A DNA stretch of 64,000 bases from Malacoraja senta. Lineage: Eukaryota. The stretch lies in assembly GCA_038087875.1 (NCBI GenBank), contig JAXLNO010005151.1:186001-250000 (forward strand), given 5' to 3'. The notes below the pieces were generated by a model. That model saw only the letters and a program-made list of their open reading frames with translations. It did no database searches and was not told the origin of the DNA. Both the position numbers and the translations under genes were made by a program. This document shows positions 13,244 through 24,367 of this stretch, piece after piece (positions within the stretch are counted from its first letter, which is position 1; every line of letters starts with the position of its first letter).

Positions 13244-13692
13244 GGAAGGATCTGCAGATGCTGGTTTAAACCGAAGAAAGACACAAAAAGCTGGAGTAAC
13301 TCAGTGGGACAGGCAGCATCACTGGAGAGAAGGAATAGGTGATATTTCAGGTCGAGACCTTTTCGGGTTGAGTCCCTTCTTCAGGAAGGATCTACAGATG
13401 CTGGTTTACACCGAAGACAGATGTAAAAAGCTGGAGTAACTCAGTGGGACAGGCAGCATCACTGGAGAGAAGGAATGGGTGACATTTCGGGTCGACATCC
13501 TTCTTCAGGAAGGATTAACAGATGTTGGTTTACACCGAAGACCGACATAAAATGCTGGAGTATCTCAGCAGGACAGGCAGCATCTTTGGAGGGAAGGAAT
13601 GAGTGACGTTTCTAAACATCATCCATTCCTTCTCTTCATAAATACTGCCTGCCCTGCAGAGTTACTCCGTCCGGCATTTTGTGTCTATCTTT
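13244..13692 (-). repeat. Head-to-tail array of PLE tail units (3 monomers plus an inverted arm)
   Basis: Monomers start ggaaggat at 13244, 13384 and 13508. The first two end ...cccttcttca / ...tccttcttca. Confidence 0.8.
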
Positions 13693-14260
13693 GGGGTATA
13701 GATAGTATAGAGAGTAACTGTCTCTTTCCCAGGGCAGTGGAGACTAGAACTGGAGGTTTAAGGTGATGGAAGAGAAATGTCAAGGGGAGATAGTAGAGGC
13801 ACGATGTACAGGAAGGAACTACTGATGCTGGTTAAAACTCTCCAGTGAGTCCCTCAGCACGTACTCCTGCAGTCTGGAATGGACAGATGATGTTTTGGGT
13901 CAGACACTTCTTCAGACTGATTGTAATAGAAAGCTGAAAAAGAGATGTGGAGCTGCAGGGGAGATAGTAGAGGCAGACATAATCACAATGTCTATAAAGC
14001 ATTTGGACTTTTGGTAGGAAAGTCAGGGAGGGATAAGGGCATAATGTAATTGTAGACAAACATCTCGGTCAGCATAGACAAGATTGGGCAAAATGGCCTG
14101 TTTATATGCTGCATGATTCAGTATATTTTAAGATTCTTTCTGTGGTTTACATGTTGCTATCTCTATTAGCCAGTATAAGCACTGAAAATGGCTCAATCAG
14201 TCTACACCAGAGAGAACACTGCCTGAACCAAAGGAAGTGAGATATGTAACATAGGTTCTT

Positions 14261-14582
14261 TAGTTTTTTTTAGTTTAGATACACAGCACGGAAACAGGCC
14301 TTTCGGCCCACCGAGTCTGCACCGACCAGCAACTAACCCGCACACTAATACTATCCTTTGCACACGAGGGACAATTTGGCACATGCATCAAGCCAATTAA
14401 CCTACATTCCTGCATGTCTTTGGAGTGGGAGGAAATCGAAGATCTCAGCGAAAATCCAGGCAGGTCACGGGGAGAACGTACTAACTCCTTACAGACAGCA
14501 CCCATAGTCGGGATTGAAACCGGGTCTCTGGCACTGCAAACACTGTAAGGCAGCAACTCTACCGCTGTGCCACTGTGCCGCC
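14261..14582 (-). mobile_element. V-SINE (HE1-like)
   Basis: Reverse-complement SINE consensus. Confidence 0.8.
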
Positions 14583-15504
14583 CTTATTGGTAACTTTGTG
14601 TGATCTTATTTTGTTAGGATGCAAATTCTATGGGAACGCTTTCTCAATGAGTTAGATAATGATGTAGAAACAACGAACTGCAGATGCTGGTTTGTACCAA
14701 AGAGTGTCACAAAGTGCTGGAGTAACTCAACGGGTCAGAGGTGTTCTACAGCATCTCTGTAGATAAAGGATGGGTGATGCTGGGTGAAGCTTCAGGTTGG
14801 GATCCTTCTTCAGACTGATGTATCGGGTTGGGACCCTTCTTCAGAATAACCCTGCTTGAGACTGAAGTAGGGTCCCGACCCAAAGTGTCATCCAGCCTTT
14901 TTCTCCAGAGATGCTGCTGGTCTCGCTGAGTTACATTAGCACTCTGTGTCTAAGGTTGATAATGAGTTGTTCAATCCTGATGTTTTGTGATGTTAATTTC
15001 TGCATGTTCACAGGGCAGACTGTGAGAGTAAACAGTTGAAAAACTAGTCTAGCAGGAAATGTGTGGTATTTGAGTAAGTGTGAATGTGGGGCCTCTCCAG
15101 TGAGATGATTGGGGAACTCCCTGACAAAGGGGGATGTGGTGAACAAGTCACCAGGAGGTCATATCAAAGCAGAAGTTAAATATTACATTGATATTTTTAG
15201 TCTGCTCTTGATGTACTGGCATGGTGCAATCCGATTTGGACAACTTACTGTATATTGCAGCTCAAGATGATATAGATATATAGCATTGGAACAGGCTCTT
15301 CAGCCCACCAAGTCCACGCTGAACAGCGATCCCCATACAGTAGCAATATCCTATAGACTTGCAACAATTTATAATCTTTACCAAACCCTATTAAACTACA
15401 AACTCATCTTTGGAGTGTGGGAGGAAGCTGGAGCACCCAGGGAAAACCCACAGGTAGAATGTAAAAACTCCATACAGACTGATTCCCGGGATGGCAGGAC
15501 TTTC

Positions 15505-15950
15505 ATATGAGGAAAGACTGGATAGACTTGGCTTGTACTCGCTAGAATTTAGAAGATTGAGGGGGATCTTATAGAAACTTACAAAATTCTTAAGGGGTTG
15601 GACAGGCTAGATGCAGGAAGATTGTTTCCGATGTTGGGGAAGTCCAGAACAAGGGATCACAGTTTAAGGATAAGGGGGAAGTCTTTTAGGACCGAGATGA
15701 GAAAATCATTTTTCACACAGAGTGGTGAATCTGTGGAATTCTCTGCCACAGAAGGTAGTTGAGGCCAGTTCATTGGCTATATTTAAGAGGGAGTTAGATG
15801 TGACCCTTGTGGCTAAAGGGATCAGGGGGTATGGAGAGAAGGCAGGTACAGGATACTGAGTTGGATGATCAGCCATGATCATATTGAATGGCGGTGCAGG
15901 CTCGAAGGGCCGAATGGCCTACTCCTGCACCTATTTTCTATGTTTCTATG
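15505..15950 (+). mobile_element. CR1-type LINE 3' fragment
   Basis: Near-identical to the 3' end of 20897-22852. Confidence 0.85.
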
Positions 15951-16490
15951 ACAGCACCCATGGTCACGATTGAACCTGGCGGTCTCTTGAGCTGTAAGGC
16001 AGTAACTCTACCGCTGTTCCACCGTGTCATCCTTTTGTGGGGGATCATGCAGAAGCCTCCTCGTGGCGATCCACGGAACCGACAACACGATGCACTCTGA
16101 GACGCGTCGGGCGACCTATTCTGTCAACATGTTGGACGACGACAGAAGCCAACAGTGAGCTACACCTCGTCTGACACACGAGCGAATGAACCCTTGTTAG
16201 ACTAATCAACTGAAGGTTACGACTTATAAATATGATGTGATGCAACTAATTGAGAGTGCAGCATAGAGAGTGCAGCACAGAAACAAGCCCTTTTACCTAT
16301 TGTCCATACTAACTATTTTGGGACCTGATCTCTTTTTATCTTCCTGATATTTCCAATACCTACCCCTAGATTTTACTCTTTAACGACACACGGAGCAATA
16401 AATGGTGGCCTGTGAACCAAATAACTGCCGTGACTTCCCTTTGTGGGTGGAATATCTGAATATCATATTTCCAAATGTTGATCAGTAAGG

Positions 16491-16780
16491 GCGACATGGT
16501 GGGGCAGCGATAGAGTTGCTGCCTTAAAGTGTCAGAGCCCCGGGTCCGATCCTGACTATGGCTGCTGTCTGTACGAGTTTGTACGTTCTCCCCATGACCA
16601 GTGGGTTTTCGCCAAGATCTTCGGTTTCCTCCCACACTCCAAAGACGTACAGGTTTGTAGGTTAATAGGCTTGATATAAATGTAAATTGTCCTTCGTGTG
16701 TAGGATAGTGTTAATGTGCGGGGATCTGTGCCGACTCGTGCTGAAGGGCCTGTTTCCACACTGTATCTCTAAACTAAACT
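16491..16780 (+). mobile_element. V-SINE (HE1-like)
   Basis: SINE head, core and (ctaaa)n tail. Confidence 0.8.
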
Positions 16781-17152
16781 AAAATAATCTAAGTAAGCTT
16801 GACATTTAGAATCATGTACAGCATAGAAACAGGCCCTTCAGCCCAGCTTATCTATGCCAGCCAAGATGCCCCATCTACCCTTGACCCACCTATCTATATT
16901 TTAGCTTAGTTTAATTTATTATTAATGTCACGTGTACTGTTTTGCAGTGAAAATGTTTCTTGTGTGCTATCCAGTCAGTGAAAAGACTACATTACAATGA
17001 AGCCGTTCACAATCTATAGATACAGGGTAAATGATATCATGTTTAGTGCAATGTAAATCCAATTGGTGTTTTGCCGATTTCCCTCCAAACCTTTCCTATC
17101 CATAGAAATTTCTATTACTTGACAATAATTGTATTATTTTATTTGTGTCTAG

Positions 17153-17413
17153 GGCCTCACACACTGATCTATTACTACACCCTGAACCACGGGAGTACTC
17201 ATCTACCAGAATATAGTGTCGTGGGTGAACTGGATGGTTGTGAGATACAGTATTATGACAAAAACATGGTCATTACAGTTCCAAGACAGAAATGGATGGC
17301 GGCTGCATTTGACAGGAATTACTGGGTAACAAATACGGTCTCTGAAACTGGTTTCCATGGAATCATCAAAGGGCAAGTCGATGAATGGATGCGGAGGCAG
17401 AACGAAACTGCAA
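17153..17413 (+). CDS. MHC class I-like alpha1 domain exon (phase 1-1, 261 nt)
   Basis: Acceptor ...tttgtgtctag| and donor |gttagt. Translation (x)GPHTLIYYYTLNHGSTHLPEYSVVGELDGCEIQYYDKNMVITVPRQKWMAAAFDRNYWVTNTVSETGFHGIIKGQVDEWMRRQNETA aligns by eye to class I alpha1 (GxHxLxY, PEY..VG..D, PR..WM, YW, N86 glycan site NET). Confidence 0.93.
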
Positions 17414-18139
17414 GTTAGTTCATTCATTTCAATACATTTGAGTGTGACAATGTTCATAAAAAAACATCTCAAAGAAATTTCTCGCTGTGCCAGAGACCCA
17501 GGTTTGATCCTGACTAACGTTCTCCCTGTGAACACAGATATTTCCTCAGGTTCTCCTGTTCCGTCCCATACCTTGAAAATGTGAGAGTTTGTAGGTTAAT
17601 TGGGCTCTGTAAATTACTCTTGCTGTGCTGAGAATGGGTGAGGAAAGAGGGATTACATAGATGTGTAGGAGGAACTGAAGATGCTGGTTTACAGCAAGAT
17701 AGGCACAATGTGCTGGAGTAACTCAGCGGGACAGGCAGCATCTCTGGATACAAGGAATGGATGACTTTTCAGTTCAAGACCCTTCCTCAGACAGAGTGTT
17801 TCCTGACTTACTCCAGCATTTTGTGTCCATTTTGGGATAACATAGAACTAGTGTGAAAGATGATCGATGGTTGGCATGGAATTGGTGGGCAGAATGGCCC
17901 ATTTCCATGCTGAGTCACTAACCTAAGAACTGCAGATGCTGCAAATGTGAAATAAAAACCAAAAATTGCCATTGTCTGATGGGCTTCATTGTCAGTTTAT
18001 CACCATGGAAAACCTGTAATTACCTTATCAGTGATACTCCCTATGTCCAACCATGCCTCCCACTCCTGTCCTGTAACTTACACATTCTCACAATTCTGAA
18101 GCATTAATTTTGTATCTCTTTCGATAGGTTCCATAGGTA

Positions 18140-18206
18140 ACCAATATTTCAATGATTTGTAAAATGCTGTGCTTTCCAGCATTTTACAAATCATTGAAAT
18201 GTTGGT
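18140..18206. repeat. Near-perfect inverted repeat (30-bp stem, 7-nt loop)
   Basis: accaatatttcaatgatttgtaaaatgctg-tgctttc-cagcattttacaaatcattgaaatgttggt. The single deviation is a T:G pair. Confidence 0.9.
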
Positions 18207-19564
18207 GGCTTTTTGAATGGTTAAAATCCCTTGCGTACCTCACCAATTGTTTTATTACTTTTATTGACAAATTTAGAATGAAAAAGTTGTGTGAAATATT
18301 TAAAGGATAACCTAAATGTCATTGTGGTTCAGCCGTAGTGATGGTGCCGTAGTGCTATTGACCCAGGGTTGATCCTGGCCTCAGGTGCTGTCTGTACATA
18401 GTTTGTACGTACTCCCCGTGACCTGTGTGGGATTTCCCCGGGTTCCCCGGTTTCCTCCCACACTCCAAGCTGTATGCCAAAGGGGATCACTGGTCACTGT
18501 GGACTCTAAGGGCTGTTTTCGTGCTATATCTCTAAATATCTTGGGCACCAATTGTAAAGTAAGCTGTCCAAATCCATCTGCACCACACTTGTATATCCAT
18601 ATAAGTTGCAATTGGACATGTTTTATATTGTAAATCAATAAGTCCTATCACCATTACTGTGTTAATTCAATGACATTCGTAGTGTACCATTGAACAAAGC
18701 AGGACCAGGCGTGGGGGAACCATGGTGAGGTGGGGACAAAGGAGGACCTGGTGTGGGAGACTTTATAACTTTGTCCGGTGCCCTTTATGTGAAGAATCTT
18801 GACATACGTTGGGTTTACAAAACAAAGACTTTCACTGTGACTTGTCACATGGTCACAATAAAGTATCATTCATTCATGATTAATTATTGCTGAAAACATT
18901 GCTTTTTGTTACCTCTTCGGTTACACATTAAACAAATTATATTATTAATCTTTAACTGGACTAAAACAGGGTGAGGGTACAAACAGGGAACAATACATCC
19001 AAATATTATGCACTGGGCATAATTTCTATCAATTTTCCACATCTTTGCAATATTTATTATTATTTTCAAATTATATGTGAATACATGTGAATGACATTTA
19101 TTACATTATCATCTGATTCATTGAACCATGTTTATTGAATCATATTGCCTTCAAAATATTTTTTTAATTTGCATTATTTATGGTGCACATATTATCTGCA
19201 ACATTGTTATGTTTATGAGATTTATGAGGCATATTGTCGGGGCTCAAGGGTGTGAACAAGAGGGCGAGATTGGGCAAGCCAGGGCTTTATTCCATGGAGC
19301 ACAGGAGGCTGAGGGGTGATCATATAGGGGTGCTTAAAATCATGAGGGGAATTGATAGACTGTATGCCCAGAGCCTTTTACCCAGAGAAGGGGAATCAAA
19401 TAACCAGAGGACATGGGTTTAATGTGAGAGGGGGAAGATTTAATTGGAACTTGGGGGCAAACTTTGTGCTCAGAGAGTGGTCAGCATATGGAATGACCTG
19501 CCAGAGAATGGAGTTGCGGCAGGTACAATAACAATATTTAAAAGACACATGGACAGGGACATGC

Positions 19565-20042
19565 ATAGGTAGATAAAAGTGCTGGAGAAACTCAGCGGTT
19601 CAGGCAGCATCTATGGAGCGAAGGAAATAGGCAACGTTTCGGGCCGAAAACCCTTCTTCAGACTGATGTGAGGGTGGGTGGGAGGGGGGGAGTGGGGCGC
19701 AGGAAGAAGAAAGGAAAAGGTGGAGCCAGTGGGCTGAGGGAGAGCTGAGTAGGGGAGGAGAAAGTAAGGACTACCTGAAATTAAAGAAGTCAATGTTCAT
19801 ACCGTTGGGGTGTAAACTGCCCAAGCGAAATATGAGGTGCTGCTCCTCCAATTTACGGTGGTCCTCACTCTGGCCATGGACGAGGCCGAGGGCAGAAAGG
19901 TCGGATTTGGAATGGGAGGGGGGAGTTGAAGTGCTGATCCACCGGGAGATCAGGTTGGTTGTTGCGAACTGAGCGGAGGTGTTGGGCGAGGCGATCGCCA
20001 AGCCTGCGCTTGGTCTCACCGATGTAGAGCAGCTGACATCTA
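19565..20042 (-). mobile_element. Penelope-like element 3' end with hammerhead-like core
   Basis: GIY-YIG C-terminus (SHSKSDLSALGLVHGQSEDHRKLEEQHLIFRLGSLHPNGMNIDF), followed by the core at 19630-19663 and the tail. Confidence 0.85.
19630..19663 (-). ncRNA. Candidate minimal hammerhead ribozyme (PLE type)
   Basis: Minus strand GU-CUGAAGA-A-GGG-UUUUCGG-CCC-GAAAC-GUU-GCC: the hammerhead core boxes, stem II, and the palindromic AC/GU mini stem III. Stem I is very short and there is an extra A. Confidence 0.5.
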
Positions 20043-20896
20043 GAGAGAAACGTTTTGAATGATGTCTACCCATTGCAGGGTAAATGGGACTAGCTTAAAT
20101 GGGGTATCTTGATTAGCATGGACAAGTTGGGCCAAAGGGCTTGTTTCCCTGCTGTGTGACTCTCTCTATGACTGCTTTATAGCAAAGAGCGCTGCTGTCT
20201 CACAGCTCCAGTGATCGGGTTCAATCATCTCCAGTGCAGTCTGTGTGGAGTATAAGCATTCTCCCTGTGACAATGTTTGTTCTCCAGTTTCCTCCCACAT
20301 ACCAAAATGTGCTGAATTAGTAGATTAAGCCACCGCTGCAAATAGGTGGATTTGTGGCATTGATAGAAATGAGAAAGATCCGTTTTGGGGAAAATTAGTG
20401 TTGGAATAATTTTGTTCTCTGGGCTAGAGTGGGCTCAGGAGGCTGAAAGGCCTCTTTCTCTGTCACATGGATTTATGGGCCGTTATTTATCCTTGAATTG
20501 CCTTCTTTCTCAATTTAGTCAACAATGTAAAATTGAAGTAATTGTCTGGATTGAACTATTTAACAATTGTAGATGAAAGGAAGAGCAGAGGCTGCTTTCC
20601 TCCACACACAAAGTGCTAAGGAACTCAACGGGTCAAGCGGCATCTTTGGAGAACATGGGAAGGCAGATATTTCGGGTGAGGATCCTACTTCAGACTGAAG
20701 TTGGGACACGTTAGAACATGCTTTGTACTCACACTTGCAGTCCAGTGTTAGTTTTCAAGGATTTTTTGTTATTCACAGCTTGTAGTTGTTACATATTCAG
20801 CAGACAGAAGATGAGCAAACTAAAGCACCTGCAAAGCACAACTAAAAGACCGCAGAAAGAAGCTTGAAAAGAAGGCTCTTATCTAAACAAAGTACT

Positions 20897-22852
20897 TTCA
20901 AGAGAGAGTTAGATTTAGCTCTTAAGACGAAAGGAATCAAGGGATATGGGGGAAAAGGTTAGTTAAAACAAATGTAGGTCCCTTGCAGTCAGAAACAGGT
21001 GAATTGATCATGTGGAACAAGGACATGGCAGACCAATTGAATAACTACATTGGTTCTGTCTTCACTAAGGAAGACTTAATTAACTGCCGGAAAGAGCAGG
21101 GGACCGGGGGTCAAATGAGATGGAGGAATTGAGTGAAATCCAGGTTAGCCGGGAAGTGGTGTTAGGTAAATTGAATGGATTAAAGGCCGATAAATCCCCA
21201 GGGCCAGATAGAGTGCATCCCAGAGTACTTAAGGAAGTAGCCCCAGAAATAGTGGATGCATTAGTGATAATTTTTCAAAACTCTTTAGATTCTGGAGTAG
21301 TTCCTGAGGATTGGAGGGTAGCTAATGTAACCACACTTTTTGAAAAGGGAGGGAGAGAGAAGTGGGGAACCTGCTAGAGTCAGTTATTAAAGATGGGATA
21401 GCAGCACATTAGGAAAATGGTGAAATCATTGGACAAAGTCAGCATAGATTTATGAAAGGTAAATCATGTCTGACGAATCTTATAGAATTTTTCGAGGATG
21501 TAACTAGTAGAGTGGATAAGGCAGAACCAGTGGATGTGTTATATCTGGACTTTCAGAAGGCTTTCGACAAGATCCAACATAAGTGATTAGTATACAAACT
21601 TAAAGCACATGGTATTGGGGGTTCAGTATTGATGTGGATAGAGAACTTGCTGGCAGACAGGAAGCAAAGAGTAGGAGTAAACGGGTCCTTTTTAGAATGG
21701 CAGGCAGTGACTAGTGGGGTACCTCAAGGCTCAGTGCTGGGACCCCAGCTATTTACAATATATATTAATGATTTGGACGAGGGAATTGAATGCAACATCT
21801 CCAAGTTTGTGGATGACACGAAGCTGGGGGGCAGTGTTAGCTGTGAGGAGGGTGCTAGGAGGCTGCAAGGTGACTTGGATAGGCTAGGTGAATGGGCAAA
21901 TGCATGGCAGGTGCAGTATAATGTGGATAAATGTGTGGTTATCCACTTTGGTGGCAAAAACAGGAAAGTAGACTATTACCTGAATGGTGGCCGATTAGGA
22001 AAAGGGGAGATGCAACGAGACCTGGGTGTCATGGTACACCAGTCATTGAAAGTAGGCATGCAGGTGCAGCAGGCAGTGAAGAAAGCGAATGGTATGTTAA
22101 CATTCATAGCAAAAGGATTTGAGTATAGGAGCAGGGAGGTTCTTCTGCAGTTGTTCAGGGTCTTGGTGAGACCACACCTGGAGTATTGCCTACAGTTTTG
22201 GTCTCCTAATCTGAGGAAGGACATTGTTGCCATAGAGGGAGTACAGAGAAGGTTCACCAGACTGATTCCTGGGATGTCAGGACTTTCATATGAAGAAAGA
22301 CTGGATACACTCTGCTTGTATTCGCTAGAATTTAGAAGATTGAGGGGGGATCTTATAGAAACTTACAAAATTCTTAAGGGGTTGGACAGGCTAGATGCAG
22401 GAAGATTGTTCCCGATGTTGGGGAAGTCGAGAACAAGGGGTCACAGTTTAAGGATAAAGGGGAAATCTTTTAGGACTGAGATGAGAAAAACATTTTTTAC
22501 ACAGAGAGTGCTGAATCTCTGGAATTCTCTGCCACAGAATGTAGTTGAGGCCAGTTCATTGGCTATATTTAAGAGGGAGTTAGATGTGGCCCTTGTGGCT
22601 AAAGGGATCAGGGGGTATGGAGAGAAGGCAGGTACAGGATACTGAGTTGGATGATCAGCCATGATCATATTGAATGGCGGTGCAGGCTCGAAGGGCCGAA
22701 TGGCTTGCTCCTGCACCTATTTTCTGTGTTTCTATGTTTCTAAAAGCAGGAATGGGGTACTGATTCTAGATGCAGGCATGATCATATTGAATGGCGGTGC
22801 TGGCTCGAATGGCCGAATGGCCTGCTCCTGTGCCTATTTTTCTATGTTTCTA
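20897..22852 (+). mobile_element. CR1-type LINE, ~2 kb 3' portion with doubled 3' tail
   Basis: Open 338-aa RT ORF 21629-22645 (GVPQGSVLGP, KFVDDTKL). Upstream KSPGPD/RVLKE/YLDFQKAFDK motifs are broken by stops and frameshifts. Confidence 0.92.
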
Positions 22853-23338
22853 TAATTAGTATACATTCGGCTATTGGTGGTGTTTCTTGAAAACACGAAG
22901 ACGAGAGAATGTAAAGGATCTGCAGAACAACTAAAAGACTGCAGAAAGCAGCTTGAAAAGGAGGCTCTTCATCTATACAACATAATTATGTTTTATTCAG
23001 CTATCATTGTTTGTAGAGTTTCTTATTGGTATGAAAACATCATCCAAGTTTTGACCCTTCCTTATTACTCCTGGTCCCAGGGGCATGGTTGGCATTAGCT
23101 CATTACATTCATCCTAATAAAGGGTTGGTGTTCACAGTTGTGCCTAGATTTTTATCAATTACAACCTTGAGTTCACAAACTGTTCTTTGTCTCTGGGCTA
23201 AAGTTCACAGACTCTCCTTTTCAAGGAGTGAGCAGTTTTAAGCAAACTGACTTCAGCAAATCCTTACAAATTCCATCACCCCCCCCCCCCCACTTTGATT
23301 CATCAATCAATGCCAGAGGGAATGAATCATCTAAGTAA

Positions 23339-24019
23339 AGGGGCCTGTCCCACTTACGTGTCCTTGGAATGCAAATTACGCGTTGAGCCACGATGGTCCG
23401 GCGAAGGTCGGGTGCGATTACATGCGTACGCACAGCCGTCTGGAGCGCGTGACGTTATTTGAAGATGGACACAAAGCTGGAGTAAGCCAGTGGGACCGGC
23501 AGCATCTCTGGAGAGAAGCAATGGGTGACGTTTCATGTCGAGACTCTTCTTCAGTCTGAAAAGAAGGGTCTTGACCCGAAACATCACCCATTGCTTCTCT
23601 CCAGAGATGCTGCCGTCCCGCTGAGTTACTCCTGCATTTCGTGTCTATCTTCAATTTTTTTGGCCCCGCTCTGGGAGTAGAAGTGGGGGCGGATCCGGAC
23701 TGCAACGGCTGTGAGCCCCAGGCCGAGTTCGGCGATCGTTCGCCTGCTTCTGCTCCTGTTGAAAGTGAGACTTTGCGTCGCGCCAGGGTCTTGGGCCTGT
23801 CCCACTTTGGCCGTCAGTTCCGCGACAGGCCGTTGGCGCGCGAAGATTTAGTTCACTACAAAATTATTGGAGCCCCGCGCGATGTCGCGCACAACTCCAT
23901 AACCCTCCGCGCTTCCAAGTGGGACCGGCCCCGCGCGGCCATACGATGCCCGTGCGCTTCAACGCGACCACAAGGTCGCATAATTTGTGTGCCAAGGACA
24001 CGTAAGTGGGACAGGCCCT
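23339..24019. mobile_element. PIF/Harbinger-type MITE
   Basis: TIRs gggcctgtcccacttacgtgtccttgg / ccaaggacacgtaagtgggacaggccc. TAA at 23336-23338 and 24020-24022. TIR start is related to the MITE at 4461. Confidence 0.85.
23461..23652. repeat. Palindromic PLE-tail element nested in the MITE
   Basis: gaagatggacacaaagctggagtaa...cttcttcagtctgaaaagaagg...ttactcctgcatttcgtgtctatcttc: two PLE tails joined back to back. Confidence 0.85.
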
Positions 24020-24367
24020 TAAGAATACCAAGGAAAGGTAGCGCAGCTACACATCACTGGATATCTTTAACCTGTTCAATGCCACCGCCGAGTACACTAG
24101 GGGTCATGGCCAATAGTGAAAAATAAACTTGGCAGTGAACAGCTTAATGGTCTCCATATTTTAGAGAAAGCCTTCAATGCCCATGAGGGGTGAGCCTTAT
24201 TATATCTATGTTTCTCTAAATATAGGAAGCACTTTTGTGGTAAAAGATGGGGCAGCTCGGGCCTCGAAAAGATCCAACCTTATGTGCAGCTTTATATTTG
24301 TTTATATGCAATAAGCAAAAAGAACACAATAGAAGATAAAACATGATAATAACTATAAGCAAAGCCA

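Noticed and set aside
11657-13839. 2.2-kb inversion bounded by the 73-bp inverted repeat
   Set aside because: The 18-bp direct repeats at 13784 and 13958 straddle the putative right breakpoint in the same orientation, which an inversion would have disrupted.
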